Positions 7,419 to 17,726 of a stretch of DNA of 64,000 nt are shown here, piece after piece; within the stretch, counting starts at the first letter, position 1, and each line of letters opens with the position of its first letter. The position numbers and the translations under genes were made by a program. Under the pieces are notes generated by a model. That model made no database searches. It was not told where the DNA came from and saw only the letters and a list, made by a program, of their open reading frames with translations. Source of the DNA: a virus (Duplodnaviria; Caudoviricetes); the IMG/VR virus record IMGVR_UViG_2838042994_000001, positions 756 to 64,755 of that record. The stretch is one strand, 5' to 3'.

Positions 7419-9800
7419 TTAGTTCGTCCACTTCGTCATGAGGTAGCTTTCCGCCTGCGCCAAAGTCGCGTCACTCGACAGGATCGACTGCAGTAGGCCG
7501 AACTCACCGATTGCACCATCAAAGGCCGTAGCACTATCGTAGGCGTCCGTGACGTTAGTGAAGAACGCCCCAAGAATGAGCTTGCTGATGGTTATGGCAT
7601 TGGAGTTCAGCGCCCCACCTGAGAGAACAGCCACACCATTTACCCTCACGGTAAGAGTTGTCCCGCTGAATACCCAGGAGACGACATACCAATTGTTCGC
7701 GGGAACAACCTCCGTCCCGGACGCGATATTGGTTTGCGTGCCGTTAGAGACACGGGTGATCCCTACTGCATCCGAGCCGCTCAGATAGTGGCGGATGTAG
7801 TCATTTGTCGAAGTTCCATCGTCGCGAGAGAAGGCGATCGGCGTTACCGAGACATCCGGCGTGCCACGTTTTACCGCCATGACGATAGCATATGCATTAT
7901 CGTCGCCTGTGACGTTAGTAACGAGTGCCGCAGTGCTGTTTATGAGCTTGTCAACGCTGGCGCGAGAGAATTTCACGGCCTTCTTGCCGTTGGCATCCGT
8001 CACATAGTCTGGCGTCGTTGCGGCATCGGAATTCGCGAACGTCGCTCCTGTCTTCGACCCGACCCATGCGCCGGCAACAGTTGAACCAGCGACTGCTGGC
8101 GTTGTAGCCGCAGCATCAGAAAACACCTTTGTATTGTCGTTCGCATCCCACCAATCGATTGCAGAACTCCAGGCAATCGGGTCGAAAGCCGCCGCCGCGA
8201 CTGTGACGGTTCGGTTGATCGTCGTCGTTTGGCCGACACTATTGGTGCAGGTGACCGTCAACGCAACGCTGTCGTCTGTGCTGGGGGCTGTCCCTGATAG
8301 CGTAACTTGCCCAGTATCATTGCCGGAGATGGTGAGCCACGCCCCCCCGGTCTTGGTGACGTGGTAAGTGTGCGGCCCGAGGTTGCCTGAGTGGAAATCA
8401 ACATAAGCAATAGTGCGGGAGAAAGCCTCGCCATAAGACGCCGAGGGGTTTGCGAACATTGAAGCTTGTTCGGCCGGCGCCACCCGATACGGCAGCATCG
8501 CGCGCTTAGCGGGAGTGCCATCGTCATAGGCATATGTCAGCAGGAGCGGCATGCAGCCGCCTTCTGTTGTCGGCACGGTCCCGGTGACAGCTCGCGTGCC
8601 GAGATCGACCGTCATGGAGGTGGGCAGCTTTGTGGTACTGTTTCGCGTCGGCATACCTGGGGCATCGAAATTATCCCAAGCCGCGCTCACCTGCTCAAGG
8701 CCGGCCCCAGAGCCGAAGAGCGATAGGGTGGAAGGCAGTGTCGTTGCCCATGAGCCACCAGGGGCAACATCGATAGGTGAGAGAATTTGCAGCGCAGAAT
8801 TGTCGCCGCCCGCAATCGGGGTCCACGCTCTCCACCAGTCGAATTCGACCGTCTTCGGCCAGTCGCCGGAATTGAAAGTCGAGCTATCCCACCATTCTGC
8901 AACCGCAAGGTCAATGCGTACGTCATGTGCGCCTCGCAGACGAGAGACGCGCGTCGTTGTCGAGCCCCGCAACGCGAGAGTGCCAGGCGTCACTGCGTCG
9001 TCGTAGAAATAGACCGTGCCCCCGGACTTAACGAACGCAACGTTAATCCACTGGTTGGCGGCATATGCAGGCTGACTTACGGTTTCGGCCGCTGCGCCAC
9101 CACCATCGCTGGCGGAAACAATGACATTCATCTTGGATGTAAGATTGCCGCTGGCATCCTTGATGCCTTCGACTACATCGATCTCTCCGAAGTCGGGCCA
9201 GAACAGCGTCGATGTCCAGAAAGAGGGCCAATATCCGCGAGCAACGCCAGCCGGGAAACGAACGCGGCACTCCAGCGCCCAATCCGCCTTAGCGGAGAGC
9301 ATGAAATAGGGCGCGGTCTTGAGCGCCCCCGAAATTAGCTTAGGTCTGTTGCCGCCATCGCCACGGCCGCCCGTGTATGTCGTCGGAAGAAAGGGCAGCA
9401 GCCCAGCGGCCGGAACGGATGCCGTGAGTGTGGCAATGCTGTTAGCTATTGAAACGCCGTCATATCCCAGCTCTGTCTGGCTCTGGCTACGCGCGCCCCG
9501 GAACGCCGGGTCGATATACATCATGTTGTCTTGGGATGCGTTCGTCCCGCGAAAACCGTAGGACGGGGTGGAATGCCCATATTTCCCTGTGAGGTTCGCA
9601 CCATGCCAGCGAGTTGGAGCAGCGTCAAAATCATCACCCGCCGCCAGCTTGAACGGTGAAAAGATGCCGGATCCGGCTGCCCCAATGGCGATGCCACCGA
9701 TCAGTTGCACCCCACCACCCTGTTTGGGGGATAGTCCCGCAAGCGAAACAAGGGGCGGCATAGCCACCCCCATTTTTAAACTAGATTTGAGCCCCGCCAT
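7419..9800 (-). CDS. GH16 glycoside hydrolase + Ig-like + LamG-like modular protein
   Basis: WPSFW...WPDFGEIDVVE (GH16 E-x-D-x-x-E); Thr/Ser-rich Ig-like region; C-terminal LamG-like (FDGAIGEF). Confidence 0.75.
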   Translation of the reverse strand: MAGLKSSLKMGVAMPPLVSLAGLSPKQGGGVQLIGGIAIGAAGSGIFSPFKLAAGDDFDAAPTRWHGANLTGKYGHSTPSYGFRGTNASQDNMMYIDPAFRGARSQSQTELGYDGVSIANSIATLTASVPAAGLLPFLPTTYTGGRGDGGNRPKLISGALKTAPYFMLSAKADWALECRVRFPAGVARGYWPSFWTSTLFWPDFGEIDVVEGIKDASGNLTSKMNVIVSASDGGGAAAETVSQPAYAANQWINVAFVKSGGTVYFYDDAVTPGTLALRGSTTTRVSRLRGAHDVRIDLAVAEWWDSSTFNSGDWPKTVEFDWWRAWTPIAGGDNSALQILSPIDVAPGGSWATTLPSTLSLFGSGAGLEQVSAAWDNFDAPGMPTRNSTTKLPTSMTVDLGTRAVTGTVPTTEGGCMPLLLTYAYDDGTPAKRAMLPYRVAPAEQASMFANPSASYGEAFSRTIAYVDFHSGNLGPHTYHVTKTGGAWLTISGNDTGQVTLSGTAPSTDDSVALTVTCTNSVGQTTTINRTVTVAAAAFDPIAWSSAIDWWDANDNTKVFSDAAATTPAVAGSTVAGAWVGSKTGATFANSDAATTPDYVTDANGKKAVKFSRASVDKLINSTAALVTNVTGDDNAYAIVMAVKRGTPDVSVTPIAFSRDDGTSTNDYIRHYLSGSDAVGITRVSNGTQTNIASGTEVVPANNWYVVSWVFSGTTLTVRVNGVAVLSGGALNSNAITISKLILGAFFTNVTDAYDSATAFDGAIGEFGLLQSILSSDATLAQAESYLMTKWTN

Positions 9801-9801
9801 G

Positions 9802-10116
9802 TTATGCGGCGATCCACTGGAGCTTATCGTTCGGCTCGGCGTAGACGTCGTAGTCAGTGGCGGCCGGCACGAGGAAGCGCTTGCCGGTAGTGGCGTCCGG
9901 CGTTGGGCCTACCGATACCCACGAGTCGGCGGCCGCACGGATGCGGAACATCGCCTGGCCGGAGCCGGTATTTTCGCCGGGTGCAAAGTTGGTGGACGTG
10001 ACGCCGCTGGACGGAGCCTCGCTCCATGCGATCTTGCCAAGGATGGCCTGAGACTTGTCTCTGGCGAACAGGGATCCGGGATAACCGCAAACAACGTGAA
10101 GGCCTGCAAAAGCCAT
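9802..10116 (-). CDS. Phage hypothetical protein (beta-rich)
   Basis: Intact ORF with GGAG RBS, directly upstream of GH16 gene. Confidence 0.65.
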   Translation of the reverse strand: MAFAGLHVVCGYPGSLFARDKSQAILGKIAWSEAPSSGVTSTNFAPGENTGSGQAMFRIRAAADSWVSVGPTPDATTGKRFLVPAATDYDVYAEPNDKLQWIAA

Positions 10117-10155
10117 GGGTAGTCTCCAAAAAATGTGATGGTGTTTGGTGGGGCG

Positions 10156-10464
10156 TCAGCCGCGCGTGGTGGTGCGGCGTGGCTGGTTTTCGACGATGCG
10201 ATCAACGCGCAGCGTCATGTTGTCGACGGCGGCCTTGACGCCGCTGATTGCTTCCATGATCTGCTCAGTAGTTTCGCGCAGCCCGGCCTTAGAGACATAC
10301 GCCTCTGCGGTGTGGAGCTTGTGGGCGGCCAGATCGGCAGCGACCTTTTCGGTATCGCGGCGCTGCGCAACAAGCTTGCCGTCCAGGTATTTCCAGATGC
10401 CGAAGAGCGTACCGAATACCGCCATACCGAAGCCGACAACGGCCATGATTTCAGCGCCCGTCAT
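10156..10464 (-). CDS. Lysis-cassette membrane protein (N-terminal TM + coiled coil)
   Basis: MTGAEIMAVVGFGMAVFGTLFGIW; ATGA overlap with spanin stop. Confidence 0.65.
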   Translation of the reverse strand: MTGAEIMAVVGFGMAVFGTLFGIWKYLDGKLVAQRRDTEKVAADLAAHKLHTAEAYVSKAGLRETTEQIMEAISGVKAAVDNMTLRVDRIVENQPRRTTTRG

Positions 10465-10793
10465 GGCTTCGGCCTCGTGGTGGGCACGGGCAGCTGGCCG
10501 CCCTCCAGCGCCGCGTCGCGATCTGCGTAATAGTCGCGCAGCGCCAGGTGCTTGCGGATGCACGAAAGAAGCCGCTCTCGATCGGTGATCCAGAGCTTTT
10601 CGAGTTGCGCCTGCGCGAGCGGCTTGTCACCGATATCTACCGGGCCTTTGCAGCGCTCAAGCAGAACACTGTCTGGCCGCGCCAGCTTGGGCGCAGACGG
10701 CGGTACGATTAGCCTATCGGACCTTGTTAATGCGCTGCACGCTGGGAGCGCCAAGCACAATGCGGCCAGCATCAGGATCTTCGCTAGCTTCAC
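10461..10793 (-). CDS. o-spanin (Rz1-like lipoprotein)
   Basis: Lipobox LPAC, Pro-rich; overlaps i-spanin 3' end. Confidence 0.75.
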   Translation of the reverse strand: MKLAKILMLAALCLALPACSALTRSDRLIVPPSAPKLARPDSVLLERCKGPVDIGDKPLAQAQLEKLWITDRERLLSCIRKHLALRDYYADRDAALEGGQLPVPTTRPKP

Positions 10794-11133
10794 GCTGCAG
10801 TTCCTCAATCTTTTGGTTCAGGGATTCGGTTTCGGCCTGCATCTCTGCGATGCGCTCGGCCTCGCGCGCCTTGGCTTGGTTCTGCACTGCGGCCTGCCGC
10901 TCGAGCTCGACGTTGGCTGCCGCTGCGGCCGCGGCGCGCTGGTTAGCGAAGTCCGTCTTCAGCTCGGCGATCTGCACGGTGAATTTTCCAGTTGCAGCCT
11001 GATATCCGGAATCATAAATCCGGTTGTAGACTGTTAAGCCGGCCCAAAAGATAGCGCCGGCCACCGCCAATGCGGCGACCACGCCGACAAGCCATTTGTC
11101 GACGCCAATGAGTTTTGCGAGCGCGCCGATCAT
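10714..11133 (-). CDS. i-spanin (Rz-like)
   Basis: N-terminal TM + coiled coil directly after endolysin. Confidence 0.75.
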   Translation of the reverse strand: MIGALAKLIGVDKWLVGVVAALAVAGAIFWAGLTVYNRIYDSGYQAATGKFTVQIAELKTDFANQRAAAAAAANVELERQAAVQNQAKAREAERIAEMQAETESLNQKIEELQREASEDPDAGRIVLGAPSVQRINKVR

Positions 11134-11618
11134 GCCGTGGCTCCTTGCAGGCAGAGCGCCCGTTCAGCCGCACGGCGCTTGGTCAGGCCTGGGATCTTGC
11201 GACCCTTTGCCTTGTCCCACATGAGGAAGGCGTCGCAGGCGCCGCGGATGTCTCCGGCATTCAGTTTGCGCGCCACAGTGGAGCCGCAGAAGCCGCCCGG
11301 GCCGATGTTGTAGGTCAGTGACACGCCGGCGATATAGGTTTGGATCGGAAGAGCATCCGGCGCCTTGAGACATCCGCGCATTCCGGCCTCGTGCTCTACA
11401 AGGCTATCTATGAGCAGGTTGTCGCAGTCTGCCTTGGAGAACTTCATGCCAGGCTTGATGCCCTTTGTCTCGCCGTAGCAGGCCGTCCATATGCCGACTA
11501 CGTCGCGGTAAGCGTAGAGCCGCAGCCCTTCGAAACCGCCGACGGTTTGCACAGCGAGAGCGCCGGCGAGCGTGATGGCGGCAAGACCGCCACCAGTTTT
11601 TCTAAGCCTTGTCGCCAT
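11130..11618 (-). CDS. Endolysin, GH24 lysozyme (SAR-type N-terminus)
   Basis: FEGLRLYAYRDVVGIWTACYGET; GLTKRRAAERALC. Confidence 0.92.
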   Translation of the reverse strand: MATRLRKTGGGLAAITLAGALAVQTVGGFEGLRLYAYRDVVGIWTACYGETKGIKPGMKFSKADCDNLLIDSLVEHEAGMRGCLKAPDALPIQTYIAGVSLTYNIGPGGFCGSTVARKLNAGDIRGACDAFLMWDKAKGRKIPGLTKRRAAERALCLQGATA

Positions 11619-11856
11619 TGGTGGGCTCCTTGTTTTGGATGAGCAGCCGCGCGACATAGGCGCCGCCGAGCAGCGCAAGCGTCAGCCACCACGGCAGGTA
11701 ATCGCCGATGACCGGCACGACGTTGAGAATGATGTCGGCCACCGCGGCGAGCTCGATGAGGCGGAGCGACCAGGCTTTTTTGTAGACTGCGGCCGCATCA
11801 GGGATCAGCACACGCGCGACAGCGTCACGCGTGCTGGTTATCAGCATGCGAAGCAT
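11602..11856 (-). CDS. Holin
   Basis: Small two-TM protein (KKAWSLRL) immediately upstream of endolysin. Confidence 0.7.
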   Translation of the reverse strand: MLRMLITSTRDAVARVLIPDAAAVYKKAWSLRLIELAAVADIILNVVPVIGDYLPWWLTLALLGGAYVARLLIQNKEPTNGDKA

Positions 11857-11909
11857 GGGGTGGCTCCGTTACGGTTGAATTTGTCGAGGTGGCGCGTTAA
11901 TGTCGCGCC

Positions 11910-12197
11910 ATGATGAAGCGGACGCAGACGGTGATCGATGAACTAGCTGGGCTTTACTGCTGGCTTTGGGCCGGCTTGCCCCATGCCCTCTTCCGCAAAC
12001 TCTTTCCGGAGCCAATTAAGCCCGGCGACTATCACTGGTCGAAATACGATCCCATCTTCGCGCCCAGGGTCCGCCTCACAGACGGCACATGGTCAGGCAA
12101 CGGCACCTTATGGCGCCGCCGCCGAAAGTCAGATGATCGGTGGGAATACCAGCAGGATCCGGAAACGGCCGATGAGGCCATGGATCGCGTGGTTTAG
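11910..12197 (+). CDS. Opposite-strand hypothetical protein (moron-like)
   Basis: Fills the gap between tail spike and holin; Trp-rich. Confidence 0.5.
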   Translation: MMKRTQTVIDELAGLYCWLWAGLPHALFRKLFPEPIKPGDYHWSKYDPIFAPRVRLTDGTWSGNGTLWRRRRKSDDRWEYQQDPETADEAMDRVV

Positions 12198-14611
12198 TTG
12201 TTGTATGCCCAGAGCCCGCCGGTATCGGCTATGTTGTTCTTGGCCGTGAACACGCCACCACCCGCCACAACTGGAGTCGCCGTCAGGTCCGTTCGGATAT
12301 AGGCGTTCATCAGAGCCATTTTGCTCGTCGCATCCAACGTGATATCGCCACCGATCTGGCCGCCATTCCACTGGATGCCTACGGAGTTAATGATCTGGAT
12401 GGCGCCATGCCCGGCGCCAGCCTGATTGCCGAGCGCGATGCAACCATTGAAGACCTCACCAAGCGTTATGTCTGTAGCGCTGATCGCATAATTGGAATGG
12501 TTCATCTGACAGTTGGTGAATGCACCATGGGCGTTATTGGTGCCGCCAGCCAGAGAAACGCACACCGAATTGTAATTCATCTTGCCGTCAGAGAACATGA
12601 CGTTCCCGCTCTCGACCCGAACCGCAAAGGCGCAATTCGAGATCGAAAAATCGCTCACATGGTCATATTCGGCAACGTTGGTATAGCGAATTCCGTGGTA
12701 GCAGCTGGTGGCGCGAATGCCCTTGATGATGCCATCATGCTGCCAGCTTCCAGCTGACAACTCCGCATAGAGACCGGAGCCATTGATGTTAGCGAATTCG
12801 ATCTTGCCGTCGATCAGATATCGATCGCAGTTCGACAGCTTGATGCCCTTCTGACCAGCATCAGTTAGCGATCCGGGATAGCCAGTGTACGTCGTGGCGT
12901 TGCCAACGAAGCGAATATGCCCGCGGATCGACCAGTTCACGCAGTTGGTCATATCCAGGATCGGAGCGTTTGTCGTAGTCGAGATCGTCACCGGTCCGCT
13001 GGTCGTGATCTCGATATTCGAAACGCCGGTTAGGCCGGTCGTGGTGTAGCTGCCCGCCTCGATGACTAGGCGCTTGCCGGCCGCCGCCGTAATAGCGTCC
13101 TGCAGCGTGTTGTACTGCGAAGAGCGCACCTCACCACCGGCAGACGATGTGCCGCTCGACGGGCCGCCCTTGAACACGTTCGCGCCACGGTCGTCGAACC
13201 AACCATGGACAGCGATGTACATGTTACCAGAGGCGCCGCCGCGATGGCGCACTTGGCCAGAAGTGTTCGTCCTGACGCGCAGGCTTCCGGCCGTGTACTG
13301 ATTGGTGACCTGAATATGTCCGACGTTGCTGCCAGCGTTGCCAGCGCCCGGGGCGGCGTCATTGACGAGTGGCGACGTAATCTCGGCGCCAGCAGAGACC
13401 GTGGCCGATGTATATGACACCTCAAACAGCGCATCAACTTCAATGCCGGTCGGGATCGCGCTGAGCGCCAGCAGCGCGGCGCTAGTCGTAACCGCGATAG
13501 GGTTGCCGGTCTGAGGAAGCGGATCCAGCAACATGTGCCGGTCGCCACGCTGCACCACGCGCCGCCATGCACCGGAGATGCGGACGCGCGAGCCAAGCCG
13601 GCGATATTTGGTGTAGCCAGACGGATAGTTCGCTGCGCCGGTCGGGTTGAGGCTCTGCGACATGCCGATCGCGACGAGTGTGCCGTTGGTGCAGGCAAAG
13701 ATATGCCACGTACCGTCGGCGATGGCGCTGTCGAATCGACCGCCGTTGCCGGTACCGTAGGCAACATCGAGTTGCCGCGTGACGGCGCTCCAGACCATCA
13801 TGCCAGGGGCTGCATCATCGGTCGCGGCCACGCCAGCGGCGATGTCGAGATCGTTCGTCAGATCGGTGACGTTGTTGCTGATCTCGCCGCCAAAGAGGTA
13901 GCCGCGGGCGAGCGTGGCCTCGAGGGCCGTCTCGGCGTAGGCTTGCGCCTGATCGCGATACCCGAGGGCCTGATCTCTGTAACCAGACGCGGATGCAGCG
14001 GCAGCTTCCGCGGCAGCTACGATCGCAGCATTTACCTGATCGGTGATGAGGCGGAAAGTGGATCCGATGACCCGTCCGAAGATCTGCAGTCCGGCCGTCA
14101 GGCCGCCTACCGCAATATCGTTCCCGCTGTTGGTCTTGATCGTGAGCGCCGAACTGCCATTGAACGAGACCGTTACCGGTGAAGCAGTGTTTGCCTCAAA
14201 GACCGTGAAGACGATCAAGGCCGATTCAGAAGCCGGCATGTCACTTGTCGCAATGATGGCGTTAGGTGTACCGGCGCCGGCGTCAGTCGCAACGATGAAA
14301 GAAAACGGCAGATCAGCGACACGAGTCCATGATCCAACGCCGGAAGCGCCAATCTTCTGGTAGATCCCGTTGTAGTCAATCGTAGCGTCCTGCATAACCC
14401 ACGCCATGGTGTCGGCGGCGTGCAACAGGTCTGCGTAAAGCAATGCGCGTGTCAGTTTGACCGTGCCAGCGTTGCTCCCTACTGCAGTTAGAAACCCTTC
14501 AAGGTTGGTTCCCCAATTGCGAATGTCGGGCTTGTAGGGCTTATACGGCCCAGATGAGGGAACGCCGTCCACGACATAATCGCGCCAGACCTGCCTTGCG
14601 GTTAGGGCCAT
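12194..14611 (-). CDS. Tail fibre/spike with C-terminal pectin-lyase-like beta-helix
   Basis: Last tail gene; N-terminal anchor, coiled linker, Asn/Gly/Cys-rich beta-helix repeats. Confidence 0.8.
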   Translation of the reverse strand: MALTARQVWRDYVVDGVPSSGPYKPYKPDIRNWGTNLEGFLTAVGSNAGTVKLTRALLYADLLHAADTMAWVMQDATIDYNGIYQKIGASGVGSWTRVADLPFSFIVATDAGAGTPNAIIATSDMPASESALIVFTVFEANTASPVTVSFNGSSALTIKTNSGNDIAVGGLTAGLQIFGRVIGSTFRLITDQVNAAIVAAAEAAAASASGYRDQALGYRDQAQAYAETALEATLARGYLFGGEISNNVTDLTNDLDIAAGVAATDDAAPGMMVWSAVTRQLDVAYGTGNGGRFDSAIADGTWHIFACTNGTLVAIGMSQSLNPTGAANYPSGYTKYRRLGSRVRISGAWRRVVQRGDRHMLLDPLPQTGNPIAVTTSAALLALSAIPTGIEVDALFEVSYTSATVSAGAEITSPLVNDAAPGAGNAGSNVGHIQVTNQYTAGSLRVRTNTSGQVRHRGGASGNMYIAVHGWFDDRGANVFKGGPSSGTSSAGGEVRSSQYNTLQDAITAAAGKRLVIEAGSYTTTGLTGVSNIEITTSGPVTISTTTNAPILDMTNCVNWSIRGHIRFVGNATTYTGYPGSLTDAGQKGIKLSNCDRYLIDGKIEFANINGSGLYAELSAGSWQHDGIIKGIRATSCYHGIRYTNVAEYDHVSDFSISNCAFAVRVESGNVMFSDGKMNYNSVCVSLAGGTNNAHGAFTNCQMNHSNYAISATDITLGEVFNGCIALGNQAGAGHGAIQIINSVGIQWNGGQIGGDITLDATSKMALMNAYIRTDLTATPVVAGGGVFTAKNNIADTGGLWAYNN

Positions 14612-14636
14612 TCGAATTCTCCAATATTTTCAAAGG

Positions 14637-16682
14637 TCAGGTAACGACAAACGAACCCGTCGCGACGGCAGATGCGGCCACGCCTGAGCCGTTGATCGCG
14701 ACGACGAAGCCATACTTCGTGCCAGCGGTCAGACCGATAACAACACGGCTATCGGCCGAGCTCGGCGAGCCGTATTCCGTGGCCGCCAGCGTTGAGCCGG
14801 AAAAGGTGTTGGTGGTGTTGGTGTAAAGCCGCGCGCCAACGTAGTTGGCGCTGTTCGGCGCCGTCCAATTGAATGTGCCTTGGCCGACGCCGCCTGTGAC
14901 AGAGGCGCCAGTCACAACGCCAGGCGGCGTCGTGTCAGCGGTGGCGGTGAAGGTTTGGTAAGCGGTCCAGTCCGAGCTTGATCCGCCGCCCCATGCGCGA
15001 AGCCGAAACTTGTATTGGGTGCCATCCGCCAAGTAGCTTGACCGCACTTGGTCATTTGGCGCCGTCGAGACCACAGACTGCGGCCCGGTGGATCCCGAAG
15101 TCTTTTCCCACTCGAACTCGTAAGTCAGCGAATCCGAGACATGGTTCCAGCTTGCGAGAGCGTAGGCCGCAGTGGAGCCGCCCGAGACGACTTCCTGTTG
15201 GATGACAACACTGAAACCTGTTGGCGTCGGCGCACCGGCATGCGGGATGATCACAATCGACGATCCCGGCGCACCCTCTTCCGTCGCGGCGTTGAAGTCG
15301 TACAGATCAGCTGAAACGACTATGCCGCTGAAGGTCACCGTCATGTCTCGCAGAGAAATCGTCACCTTCGACGTGATCTCGACGATAGCATCGGACAGCT
15401 TCGGGCTATACTGAATGCGGACAAACCGGTCATATGAGGGGTCGTTGTCCAGGTCGTAGTGAGCAGTGATCGAGACCCGTGGCGCATTGCGACGGATATA
15501 TGCAAGCTTCTGCATCCGCTGCATGTGGTTGTGTGACTGCACAGCCACATTATCTACGGTTGACGTGCGCTCCGTGTCCTCGCCAACATATGGATTGCCA
15601 TATATTGCCGCGTCGTTCGTATTGTAGAGGTCGCTTGGATCGGTGAACCGGCCGCGGACGGCTAGCACGCTCGTCGACGGATCGACGTTCGCGTTGAGGC
15701 CAAAGGAAATGATGTTGCTGCGGTCGAAAAGCTTCGTCGGCGCAACATATTCACCGGCGTGCACTCCGATCTTGCCGTCGGCGCGCTCGTAGAGAACCAA
15801 CTCCGCAGCCTGGTCAAGCGTCCGGCCAACCTCGACAGGATCGCTGTTGGCCCGGAACCACATGCCTCCGTAGTAGCGGCGCTCTGTGCCGCCACTCCTG
15901 TTCGTGACGAGCTGATCGCCTACGTTGGCCGCGTTGACCCAGTCAGGCAGATACATGTCGGCCAGCGACAGCTTGCCGCCGTAGGGGCTAGTCATGTGCC
16001 AGAGGCGCATTAGCGCGATATTTCGAGAATATGCGGTGGTCTCAGTGCGCGGGTCGTAAAGCAGCATCCCATCGATAACAGCGGAATGTTCCGGCATCTG
16101 GTTGGGATAGACATCGAGGTATTTTTTGCTCTCCGCCGTGCCGCAATACATGCGCATCGACGCCAACCCGTCGCCACGATGATTCGTCGTCCAGATCGAA
16201 GGGAATTCAGAGATTACATCAGAATATGCGGTCTCGTGATTGAGGCCGAGGCGCGTGTCTATCCTGACATAAGGGCGGCTATCATCATTGAAATGAGCAG
16301 GCGATATCACGACGCCAGAGCTATCGAGGTCGATCGCCTCGTCGTGCAGGTAATGCTGGACGAAGCCTTGAATGCGATGCCCCGCCGTCACGATTATGTG
16401 GTAGGCGGTTCCATTGCTCTCCTCGAGAAAGACATAATCGCCAGCCTTCTTCACGCGGCCCAGTACGATCGGCAGTGATGGAACCGACTGCTTTAGATTG
16501 TATGTTCCGTCTTCCGGCTTAGGCACGGACGGCTTTGGCGTCAGGGCCTTTGACACGAACCCAAGCCCGGCTGCGATACCGCCGTAGAGGAGCGCCGCGG
16601 TGCCAAGATAGAGCGCGTTTGCCGCAGCAACCGTCGTTGCCGCTGACGATACGATCAGCGGGATGAGCTCAAGACCAGTCAT
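14637..16682 (-). CDS. Tail tip/central hub protein with FN3-like domains
   Basis: SVPSLPIVLGRVK, YSRNIAL, YKFRLRAW; position. Confidence 0.8.
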   Translation of the reverse strand: MTGLELIPLIVSSAATTVAAANALYLGTAALLYGGIAAGLGFVSKALTPKPSVPKPEDGTYNLKQSVPSLPIVLGRVKKAGDYVFLEESNGTAYHIIVTAGHRIQGFVQHYLHDEAIDLDSSGVVISPAHFNDDSRPYVRIDTRLGLNHETAYSDVISEFPSIWTTNHRGDGLASMRMYCGTAESKKYLDVYPNQMPEHSAVIDGMLLYDPRTETTAYSRNIALMRLWHMTSPYGGKLSLADMYLPDWVNAANVGDQLVTNRSGGTERRYYGGMWFRANSDPVEVGRTLDQAAELVLYERADGKIGVHAGEYVAPTKLFDRSNIISFGLNANVDPSTSVLAVRGRFTDPSDLYNTNDAAIYGNPYVGEDTERTSTVDNVAVQSHNHMQRMQKLAYIRRNAPRVSITAHYDLDNDPSYDRFVRIQYSPKLSDAIVEITSKVTISLRDMTVTFSGIVVSADLYDFNAATEEGAPGSSIVIIPHAGAPTPTGFSVVIQQEVVSGGSTAAYALASWNHVSDSLTYEFEWEKTSGSTGPQSVVSTAPNDQVRSSYLADGTQYKFRLRAWGGGSSSDWTAYQTFTATADTTPPGVVTGASVTGGVGQGTFNWTAPNSANYVGARLYTNTTNTFSGSTLAATEYGSPSSADSRVVIGLTAGTKYGFVVAINGSGVAASAVATGSFVVT

Positions 16683-16690
16683 GAAAATTC

Positions 16691-17089
16691 CTAAATGGAC
16701 CAGATCGCCAGCGGTTTGGCTGACATGCTCCCGATGCGATTGGTGAAGCGCACGAGCCAGCGGCGGCCATCGAAGATCGCGCCGAACTGCCGTTCCGGAT
16801 TATTTGGAGAACCGATGACGCCAACCGCGCCGCAAAGGGCCGTCGACTGGCGGCGGCCGCCGATGCGGGCCGCTGCGGATTCCATCAGAGGCACACAGCC
16901 GCCGGCGCCCCGGAGAATGGCGAGATATTCCTCCTCGCTGCTAAACCGGCCGCGCCAATCCTCGACGGGGTCGCGGTGCCCGAGCCAGATCGCCCAGGCA
17001 GCTGGGAACAGCATGCAGTTCAGCGTTGCCGCATCCCATTCCTTCCGCTCTTGGGCGGCCAAGAATGCGGCTATCGTCTGCTCTATCAT
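16691..17089 (-). CDS. Tail-associated NlpC/P60-like protein
   Basis: WDAATLNCMLFPAAW...WRGRFSS; position in tail tip cluster. Confidence 0.65.
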   Translation of the reverse strand: MIEQTIAAFLAAQERKEWDAATLNCMLFPAAWAIWLGHRDPVEDWRGRFSSEEEYLAILRGAGGCVPLMESAAARIGGRRQSTALCGAVGVIGSPNNPERQFGAIFDGRRWLVRFTNRIGSMSAKPLAIWSI

Positions 17090-17099
17090 CGGCCACCAT

Positions 17100-17726
17100 C
17101 TACCAGTTCGGCCATCTGATCGTGCGATCCTTGAGCCCAGGGATGCGCTCGCAGAACTTGTCGTCGGCCGCAGAAGGATTCAAAATCTTCGCTCGAGCGC
17201 GCTGGTCGACGTCGGACAGCACCGCGCCATTGGTCACAGATCGCAGCGTGAAGCGGTTGGCGATATCCACCTGGATCGTCGACTTGATCACAGTGTCGCT
17301 GGCGCTATCAACAAAATTGAGGTTGGAAATGGTGCCAGTGAATTTGACGATCGCTGTGCCGGTCGGCTGCTCGTGATCGTCGCACCGCTGCAATAGGATC
17401 CGGAACGTCGATCCGACGATGGTGCCAGCTTGGTAGTCATCCCAAATACCGTTGCTTGTCGCCTCGTTGATGCCTGAGAGCACCAGCGACAGCGTAAACG
17501 CCTCGGCGTTGATTGCCGCCTCGATCTGCGCCAGTGCGTCTTCCGTAAGTTGGCAAGCGCGATAGACTTCACCATCATCGCCAATCAACGGGCCGCCGGA
17601 ACCATCCCAAAAACGAAGAGTGCCAGATGGAAGCTCCACCTGGCACATAACACGAAGACTGGCCAATTGCGGCCCTCCATATATTCGCTGGCTACGCCAA
17701 GGAATTCCAGTAATCGGTCGCCTCAA
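17100..17726 (-). CDS. Minor tail protein (hub)
   Basis: LRFWDGSG...SDVDQR; position. Confidence 0.7.
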   Translation of the reverse strand: MRRPITGIPWRSQRIYGGPQLASLRVMCQVELPSGTLRFWDGSGGPLIGDDGEVYRACQLTEDALAQIEAAINAEAFTLSLVLSGINEATSNGIWDDYQAGTIVGSTFRILLQRCDDHEQPTGTAIVKFTGTISNLNFVDSASDTVIKSTIQVDIANRFTLRSVTNGAVLSDVDQRARAKILNPSAADDKFCERIPGLKDRTIRWPNW

